60,562 nt of DNA from a virus (lineage: Duplodnaviria; Caudoviricetes). The stretch lies in IMG/VR virus record IMGVR_UViG_3300046167_000012, positions 1-60,562 of that record. One strand, given 5' to 3'. The translations under genes and the position numbers were made by a program. The notes under the pieces are model-generated. The model saw nothing but the letters and a program-made list of their open reading frames with translations. It was not told the origin of the DNA and made no database searches. Each line of letters begins with the position of its first letter. Position 1 is the first letter of the stretch. Shown here in pieces: positions 54,601-60,562 of the stretch.

Positions 54601-57600
54601 TTTTTATCTGCCAGAGGCACTACTGTAACGTGTTTACGTAACAACTCGGTTGCACCTTTTGCAGTGCGTCCCAGCAACAACATATCAGGAGCTGCTCGTG
54701 TATCCGGTGCTGGAGTAAGCAGACCCGTAACTAAACGGTCTATATCGTCGAGTGGTGATTCCGGAGGTTTCGGCTTAAACCCTAGCATCTTGCGGAAAGC
54801 GCGCATGACTGCACTTGCAAACTTCTTCCACCCTGCCATTTTGCCGCCGTCTACACTCATAAGAGCTAGAGCTCTTTGGAACTCAGGATTACCGAACGCC
54901 TCTGCAACAAACTCATCTAAGTTTTTCGTACCGTACACATCGCCAAGTTGTTCTCTCGCCGCTTCAAGAAGCGCTTGCAACTGCTTAACTTCTGGTAAAT
55001 TAGGGTTAGCTAAAGATGCTGAAGTGACCGCGTGAGCCATCTCGTGTAAAACAGTATGCACGTTCATACCATTGTTAGCGTCTATAAATACTGTGTTCGT
55101 TGCGGGGCGGAACATACCAGCCGCTTTGCGTCCTACCATTGTAGATAGATCGTCAACCACTTGAACTTGTGTAGTACCAATAGTTTCGGCCAACTTACCT
55201 GCAATCTGACGAACACGCTCTACTGGGTTTGTAGCGGCTATCGCATTAAGAGCAAACTGTAAGTCACCTCTTTGCAGTGCGTTCTGTATACTAGGTAGTA
55301 ATACCTGATCTAAACCATGCACAGGATCAGTTAGTAAGAAGCCCAAATCTCGTGAGTGTGCATAGCCGTCATACAGACCCATAATTTCTTCGCCTGATAT
55401 AACTGATTTAGCTTCAGGGTCGTACACTATCCTTGTAGTTTGCGGTAGGACAGTAGATACTTTATTATTTTCTCTAAGCTGAAGACCCGTGCCGATAAGA
55501 TATGATTCAAACGCAGTGCGACCTCTAACCGGTTTAGTTACGCGGAATAATTCCTCGCCTGACTTCAATGTCGTTGTTTTAACGTCGCTAGCCATAGAAC
55601 TGTCTAGTGCAAGAGTTTTGTTTATCCGTTCGTTTGCAACTTTTAAACGCTCCGCCGCCGCTATTTCTTTTGCATCTTTGCTTTGCTGTTTTTTAAATGT
55701 CCTATCTATACTTTTCTGTATTGATTTAGCGGCATTGACCACGCCTATGTAGGCATCAGACGGATTAAACTTAGAAGTATCACGGTTAGCCATACGGCGG
55801 GCACGTATCATCTCTTGTATAGCACTGTCAGACATGTTTTCGTGGACCCAACGACGTGCGTCCATAGCCGCAGGTTGTGTCATACCGTTGTAAAAAGCAA
55901 ACTGCGCAGGAGTATAGTCCTTCTTAATAGTTTGCGTAGCCCCAATAGCGGCTTGCGAACCGATTTCGGCGAGGGCGTCAACAGGTCTACGGAATCGTTT
56001 GAAGAATAACTTAGCTTTTTGAGCTGGTTTGTTCCCTTTAAGGGCGGCGTCCGAAGTAGTGAGAAGTTCAATAATACCTTCTTTATCCACTGCAGTAGTA
56101 ACTTCAGGTGCAGCTTGTGCGTCTATCTGCGTATCGTGATACTCTTGTAATCCTTCTGAACGACGTCCGTCTTCGAATAAGGCATCAAGTTTAGCCTGAG
56201 CTTCTTGGTCACGGGTATCTTCAGCGGCTTGTAGTTGTGCTTGTGGTACTGTTTCCCCTTGAATTTCCTTGGGAGGTGTCGGTGCAAGTGCTGTACCTTC
56301 TTCACTTAGTACAGGCATAACGGAGCGCGGGCTATCTGCATCAACACCTTCTACTACTTGCTCGTCAACTTGCTCCGTAAGGGCTTCAACAGCTTGTGGG
56401 TCAACATCTTCGGCTTTGTCTTGAATATCTACTTCAACGATCTCATTGCCGAAATGTATGTTTCTGCCTCCTCCCGGAGCGTTGTTCTTATCGTTTAAAA
56501 TCTCTACGGGGATAAGACCTACTCTGGGCTGAACCTCAAAAGTAACAGTTTCACTAGCATCGGAGCCAGCTTTCTTCTGATTCTTCCCTGTACCGTAAGG
56601 TTCTAGATGTACAAGTTTAGCTTTGTTGTCGCCAGTAGCGGTAAACTGCACAGGCATTTCTTCGTTTTGGAATAAACCACCTATCTTAGCGGCTTCCTCA
56701 TAAGGCATGTATATAGTCCTGCTTACACGAGGCTGTATTCCTGCACCCTTACCATATTTTTTGTCTCGTATTGTAGTCGCGTCGGGGTACAGATCGTATA
56801 TAGAACCTTTCTCTATACTACGCCCTTTTTTCAAAGTCCTAAATCTGCTTACAGGATCGTCTTCTTGTTGAGCTGCGGCTTCTTCTAGTGTATTGAACTC
56901 TGGTCCCGCTGGTCCTCCAGACTCATCAACATCTGGCAAATCTGTTCCCAGTGCATCGGCGTTAGATGCTGTAGATTCTCTGGAATCTCTACGTTTACTT
57001 GATCTATCTCCGCCATCTCCCACGCGGTCTCCACTACTCGAAACGCTTGTTCCAGCTCCTTCGCCTCCAGATTCAACTTCTGTTGCCACTTCTCCATTAA
57101 TCAGAGCCTCTATATTAGCTTCTAAGTCAGGTCGTTGATTACGGATTATTGTATTTTTTGCGTATTTACGCAAGAGTGCTTGTACCTCTGGGTCAGTAAT
57201 ATCCTTACCTAATACTTTTTGACGGAACGGTGCCCGAGGAAACACACCTGCATTATCAAGCATTTGGTCGTCTATAACAGTAGGTGTAGTGACGGGTGTC
57301 ACTTCAGAAGTATCGGGTGTCACTGTACGAGTAGGGATTATGCTTTTACCCTCGCCGAACGCACCAAGTGTAGCTCGTGTACCACCACCGATTAGACCAC
57401 CTGCAATGGCGGCTTCACGATACTCTGCAATGGCATCGTCACTATCAATAGGTAGTCCAGCTTGCGCACGTTCTAGCATTTGTTGTCCGACTTCAGTCAA
57501 ACTTTCAGTACCAGCGCCGCCTGTAGCACGAGAACCTGTACGTGTGAGTACGCCTTTCCAGCCTTCTTTCGTAGAACCGACCGGTTTTAGTAACTTAAAC

Positions 57601-58301
57601 CCACCTAGCAATAACTTGTCTGCAACACCTTCAAGTGCCGCTTGGCCGAAAGTGGCGGTCAGCGCATCGCCTACGTCGACTCTATCTTTCTTACCCGCGG
57701 CTACTTCGTCTTCTTGACGTTGTATGTTGTTACCAAACAGAATCGGAGCGGTTACAAGACCAGCAGCTGTAGCACCAACAACAAACGGTGCAGCTGCACC
57801 CAAAACAGGAGCCGCTACAGGAGCCGCTAGGGTACCTAGTGTAGCCGCGCCAAGACCAAGACCTAATTGTGTACCTTGCTCACCAATAGTTTCACCTGCG
57901 AATGTCAACATCGAGCCAAAACCATCAACGTCTGTAGACTGTAGTCGCTTAGGTTGTTCAAGGGACAAGAGACCAAGTTGTTGACCAGCACGTTCTTCTA
58001 CACCGGTACCATACTTTTCAAGAAACCCAAGGCCAGTCTGCTCTCCGATAGTGCCGATAGTCTCACCAACAGCTTGCTTAACTTGTTGGAAACCCCTAGC
58101 ACCACCACGACCTAACGCGGTACCATCGTCTACATATAAGTCTTCACCGTATCTATCTTTGTATGCTTTGAGGTCTTCTTCTCTATCACGCTGAAGAATC
58201 TGCGCTATTTTAGCAAACTCTGCGTCTGAAGGATTTTCTCCGGATATAGTAAAGTCGTAACCTTTACCCGTTTGGGAGTCTACGTATTGGAAAATACCCA
58301 T
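51666..58301 (-). CDS. Large internal virion (ejection) protein with zincin metallopeptidase domain (large polyvalent protein)
   Basis: 2211 aa. N-terminal hydrophobic G/A segments; TVLHEMAHA...NLDEFVAEAF.NPEFQ; C-terminal hydrophobic segments. Confidence 0.75.
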   Translation of the reverse strand: MGIFQYVDSQTGKGYDFTISGENPSDAEFAKIAQILQRDREEDLKAYKDRYGEDLYVDDGTALGRGGARGFQQVKQAVGETIGTIGEQTGLGFLEKYGTGVEERAGQQLGLLSLEQPKRLQSTDVDGFGSMLTFAGETIGEQGTQLGLGLGAATLGTLAAPVAAPVLGAAAPFVVGATAAGLVTAPILFGNNIQRQEDEVAAGKKDRVDVGDALTATFGQAALEGVADKLLLGGFKLLKPVGSTKEGWKGVLTRTGSRATGGAGTESLTEVGQQMLERAQAGLPIDSDDAIAEYREAAIAGGLIGGGTRATLGAFGEGKSIIPTRTVTPDTSEVTPVTTPTVIDDQMLDNAGVFPRAPFRQKVLGKDITDPEVQALLRKYAKNTIIRNQRPDLEANIEALINGEVATEVESGGEGAGTSVSSSGDRVGDGGDRSSKRRDSRESTASNADALGTDLPDVDESGGPAGPEFNTLEEAAAQQEDDPVSRFRTLKKGRSIEKGSIYDLYPDATTIRDKKYGKGAGIQPRVSRTIYMPYEEAAKIGGLFQNEEMPVQFTATGDNKAKLVHLEPYGTGKNQKKAGSDASETVTFEVQPRVGLIPVEILNDKNNAPGGGRNIHFGNEIVEVDIQDKAEDVDPQAVEALTEQVDEQVVEGVDADSPRSVMPVLSEEGTALAPTPPKEIQGETVPQAQLQAAEDTRDQEAQAKLDALFEDGRRSEGLQEYHDTQIDAQAAPEVTTAVDKEGIIELLTTSDAALKGNKPAQKAKLFFKRFRRPVDALAEIGSQAAIGATQTIKKDYTPAQFAFYNGMTQPAAMDARRWVHENMSDSAIQEMIRARRMANRDTSKFNPSDAYIGVVNAAKSIQKSIDRTFKKQQSKDAKEIAAAERLKVANERINKTLALDSSMASDVKTTTLKSGEELFRVTKPVRGRTAFESYLIGTGLQLRENNKVSTVLPQTTRIVYDPEAKSVISGEEIMGLYDGYAHSRDLGFLLTDPVHGLDQVLLPSIQNALQRGDLQFALNAIAATNPVERVRQIAGKLAETIGTTQVQVVDDLSTMVGRKAAGMFRPATNTVFIDANNGMNVHTVLHEMAHAVTSASLANPNLPEVKQLQALLEAAREQLGDVYGTKNLDEFVAEAFGNPEFQRALALMSVDGGKMAGWKKFASAVMRAFRKMLGFKPKPPESPLDDIDRLVTGLLTPAPDTRAAPDMLLLGRTAKGATELLRKHVTVVPLADKNRYEQARDFISENTPRKLKQWVLAVQPVNNLARLAKDRIPFADELNVLIDQTSGALRKSFEPVDVLYNDYRAYRKANPEGYNRMQALMNRATQDEVDPARPRSTYDKYWLSYYDMKTERTVMQDFSNVKDRNAEVKKLNDDLEQKFGGQDMPRSKAKKAGEPSDEKGEIWDTLNKEYKLLGKQGQDLYKITRDMGEAAQDRIMPAIKARISSLGIDAEAQKTAFEKLSDLLHAQGGVIRPYFKLGRDGDFRLSYNAPDPLRNGGIEVFTEYYTSEKDMLQAQENVVKYLRSIGRDDDVSKIEVGKRDAQRDYSKAPSSSFVFEVLQTLQGAGVDQQAIDRIIDLSLDAIPERSFMQSFRSRKERSEGKRGILGALGDVTPSGMPGMEVDPAERFRDNFRSIEKQLVQLEYGAKIQVFRNKLQDGDYLTRLDTADIAEKLDKVAEFAQAPSMARWSQIATSMGFGWTMGANISSAFNIMFDIPMAVHPYLAGQYGGRKATSAISRATKLFMGSPSTKMITVMGADGKPEVREVQLGKHNKGFDNYNFDDPNTPEDILRYKTLVEKAGARGMFNQSIDQEHVDLTNRKDVLAKMNQVSGFLVHHGERFGRQISLMATYDLELNNRTDNGKKPATQADYDAAAQKAMEATELTLGSTASAGRPVWAQKPVGNIAFLFKRFAVSRYYFMAHLVDQALAEADPDIRKIARKQLAYFMVTTGSLAGVAGLPLMGAVGAIYDMFADDDEDDFEAMMRKMVPGTLYDGLANELLGVDIASRVSMNSLLYRQPFIDKDQSRFYTLIEQLGGPVVGVGLSVERGYDLLQEGEVQRGLEAMAPAAMRNLSKFQRFSTEGANTMRGNPIVDDINPYNSFMQLLGFAPADYVENLKINSSERRRQNAVDERRRKLLRRHNMAKTQGDREAVRKIREDIREFNQSLPAEYKEDAIDGKALKKSLSGFLTTTGKMINGIVYTDAMRKSFEEYE

Positions 58302-58322
58302 TTATTTAGCCTATTTAGTTAA

Positions 58323-60413
58323 TTAGCGTACATCGTATGCAGAGTTTTTACTACCTGTAGGATTAACGTTAATGTTAGCACTAAGGTATGCTTGCCTTAT
58401 AGCTTGTTCTAACTCAGCTATTCGGTCGTTTATTCTTTCACGAGCTACTCTATCAGGGTCGCTCACACCACTACCTCCATTGACGATGCGTTTCCAGTAA
58501 GGTAGTTTTTCGGGGTCTTCAAGCATTTCGCGTTCTGCTACTAGCGCCTCTATCTGCTTTCGCATATCTGTAAGGTACGCCCCAGTAACAGGTTTGCGCA
58601 TGCCTGCTTTTGCTTTGGCTAAATCAATCGACGTTAAGTCTTTATATGCAGATAGACCAGCTTGCCCTGCTTTGCCGAAATCACCTGTACTCATTAACGT
58701 AAGACCAGCTTGCGCTAGAGATAGCCATTGGTTTTGGTTTAACTTAGATGCGGTGGCCTTAAAGGACTTGTCCTCGGCTTTGCTATCTTCTTCTTTAAGC
58801 AGAGTCCTAATCCCCTGATTCTGCTGCATCTTTTTTTCTTCTATAGAATTAGCTTCTTTCGCCAGCTCTATGTCTCGTTGTCTTTTTTCTTCTACCTCCA
58901 ACTGTTTCTTTTCATACTCTCGCCCGCCCATAAGTCGAGCAACCTCATTAGGGTATTCGTAACCTTCTCTACCGCCAAAGTATTTTTCTTCACGGGCTCT
59001 AAGAGCTCCTTCGTAGCCACGTTTGTCACGTTTATCTTTTGCAATTTTCTCCATACGCGCAACTTGTTTGTCAATCGGGCCGGGGTTATTCGGATCGCGC
59101 ATAAACCCACTAAAAGCAGATTGCCCTTCATACCTAGGGAACCCCTTAGAAGCAGAGTCAAGAAAAGGGCCGATCCCTTCAGATACATTTTCTGCTATTC
59201 TTTCTACAAAGCCGGGGTTTTCTGGGTCACGCCCATACCCACCATAAACAGAAGTAGCGTTGGGGTCTAAGATTTGACCTAAGCCCATGCCTCCTTGCAC
59301 CTGCTGTCCGAGGTATGCTTTAGGAACAAAATTTGGATCAGCGTTTGGATAAAATTTATCTAACTCAGTAGTCTTAATAGCATCGGGAGCATATAGCCCT
59401 TGCTTCTGTGCTAGTATAGCCTGTGCGACTTCGTCCGGAGAGTTAGAAGTTTGGTTTATCGGGTTAGTCGTAGGATCGTTAAGTAACTCAGAAGTTTGGT
59501 TCAACTGCCCAGAGAACTTTAGGCCATAATCCCTTAAAGTCGTGCCGTTGGAATCCGCTGGGTTATACTCACCCCCAGATTCTATAAACTGACGCATGCC
59601 ACTTTTACCGCCCAAATGAGCCATAGCCATGATGCTATCGTCGTTAATTAGCACTCCATTAATTGTTTGGCCTTTATACTCATCCAAGCCTGTGTCACTC
59701 GCATAGTCCGAAATATCTTTCTGGTGCCATTGCACAACTTCTTCTTGCAGTGCTGGACTAGCTTTAAACTGCTCCATAGTAAAATCTTTACCTGTCGCAT
59801 CACGAAAGTCTGTAAGCCTAGCATCTCCAAACTGGTACTTACCGACGAAACCTTCACTGTTCTGTGCGTTGTACCCACCACTTCCTTGACTCTCACTCTC
59901 GCCAAGCTGTGTTAACATGTTAGAGGATAAAGATGCTGCAATCCGAGCAAGTTCTTCTGGGTTGTCTTTGTACTGTTCATATAAAGCTGGATTACTTATT
60001 TTTAATCTTGCGATAGCGTTCATATCGCCACCTGACACAAACCCACCGGGAGCTAGGCGCATAATGCCACCATCAGCCATACGTTGAGGTTGATTAGGTT
60101 GTCCGGGTAGCTTTGATGTTTGTACGCTCGGCACACCTGTATTCTGTGCCATGTCTGTTTTAGGAGCCATAGCCTGTGCAACTTGTGCAATGCCTTGCTG
60201 TGGTACGCCCGCCGCAGATACAGCTTCTTGGGCAACGGTAGGCTGCATTAACCCTTCTTGGCGTTGTGCATCTGATCGCATACGCTTTCGACGTTCAATC
60301 TCACTCAACACCATGAACTGAGGCGCAGAACCCGAAGGCATCTGCATTTCTCTTATCAACTGTTCTTCGGAGAAGTTCTTTAGTTTGTCTTGAGTGTCGA
60401 TCATATTAAGCAT
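58323..60413 (-). CDS. Internal virion protein with lysozyme/transglycosylase-like domain
   Basis: ESQGSGGYNAQN...GKYQF...F...P..QE...AMAHLGG; MADGG motif. Confidence 0.7.
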   Translation of the reverse strand: MLNMIDTQDKLKNFSEEQLIREMQMPSGSAPQFMVLSEIERRKRMRSDAQRQEGLMQPTVAQEAVSAAGVPQQGIAQVAQAMAPKTDMAQNTGVPSVQTSKLPGQPNQPQRMADGGIMRLAPGGFVSGGDMNAIARLKISNPALYEQYKDNPEELARIAASLSSNMLTQLGESESQGSGGYNAQNSEGFVGKYQFGDARLTDFRDATGKDFTMEQFKASPALQEEVVQWHQKDISDYASDTGLDEYKGQTINGVLINDDSIMAMAHLGGKSGMRQFIESGGEYNPADSNGTTLRDYGLKFSGQLNQTSELLNDPTTNPINQTSNSPDEVAQAILAQKQGLYAPDAIKTTELDKFYPNADPNFVPKAYLGQQVQGGMGLGQILDPNATSVYGGYGRDPENPGFVERIAENVSEGIGPFLDSASKGFPRYEGQSAFSGFMRDPNNPGPIDKQVARMEKIAKDKRDKRGYEGALRAREEKYFGGREGYEYPNEVARLMGGREYEKKQLEVEEKRQRDIELAKEANSIEEKKMQQNQGIRTLLKEEDSKAEDKSFKATASKLNQNQWLSLAQAGLTLMSTGDFGKAGQAGLSAYKDLTSIDLAKAKAGMRKPVTGAYLTDMRKQIEALVAEREMLEDPEKLPYWKRIVNGGSGVSDPDRVARERINDRIAELEQAIRQAYLSANINVNPTGSKNSAYDVR

Positions 60414-60562
60414 TATGCGAAAGCCTTATATAGAGATAGTCCAGTTAAACCTGCGCCAAGCGCCTGTTGAGCCGCGCCGGGTTGTTGTCGAGGCGTAGTT
60501 GTAGTGGTTGTACCTGAGCTTGTGCCTGTTGCGGCGATAGGCATACCGGATAATATACCCGT
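60413..60562 (-). CDS. C-terminal 49 aa of the ejection protein that begins at 903
   Basis: TGILSGMPIA...QQALGAGLTGLSLYKAFA*; in frame with 903->1; TAATG overlap with the next gene. Confidence 0.75.
   Translation of the reverse strand, partial: TGILSGMPIAATGTSSGTTTTTTPRQQPGAAQQALGAGLTGLSLYKAFA

Larger units (their letters stand above)
1..60562. mobile_element. Complete (circularly permuted) tailed bacteriophage genome, podovirus-like
   Basis: Full set of packaging, head, tail, lysis and replication genes in two divergent arms. No host genes recognised. The ORF at 903->1 continues in frame at 60562->60413. Confidence 0.93.

Noticed and set aside
850-60235. Numerous antisense or nested ORFs in the ORF track (e.g. 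10901-11566, 15887-16612, 42600-43094)
   Set aside because: They lie opposite or within well-supported genes, lack motifs, and mirror the codon bias of the real strand.
1-60562. tRNA/rRNA genes
   Set aside because: No cloverleaf or T-loop/CCA pattern noticed in the few intergenic gaps; tRNAscan was not run.

Overview
The window looks like a complete, circularly permuted ~60.6-kb tailed-phage genome, probably podovirus-like. A minus-strand ORF runs off position 1 and continues in frame at 60562. The genome has two halves. The minus-strand late arm (31344->1, continuing 60562->51666) encodes terminase, portal, GroES, scaffold, capsid, small basic proteins, adaptors, tail fibres/adhesins, nozzle, a cassette of exported proteins, lysis genes, a GNAT and four internal virion/ejection proteins. 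The plus-strand early/replication arm (31727->51591) encodes an AAA+/vWA pair, a GcrA-like HTH protein, VRR-NUC, a dNTP diphosphohydrolase, PolA, a PD-(D/E)XK exonuclease, an SF2 helicase, an SSB and a primase-helicase. I recognised no integrase, RNA polymerase, tRNA or CRISPR array. An alphaproteobacterial, possibly Roseobacter-group, host is an inference from the GcrA-like protein, the GTA-type holin and SxxPxxRP motifs. Highlights: (1) a 15-bp palindrome GTAGTG-NNN-CACTAC found 12 times, only between 31.6 and 45.4 kb, including inside genes; (2) a six-gene cassette of exported proteins with a pilin-like subunit and a PapD-like chaperone but no usher, inside the lysis region; (3) an iteron/IHF origin-like element; (4) a GNAT directly upstream of two ejection proteins that start Met-Cys-Gly; (5) a shared [M/F/L]xxGG motif across ejection and small basic proteins; (6) pseudoknot-like leaders on late genes; (7) a frameshift in the nozzle gene. 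All family calls come from motif recognition by eye; no database searches were run.
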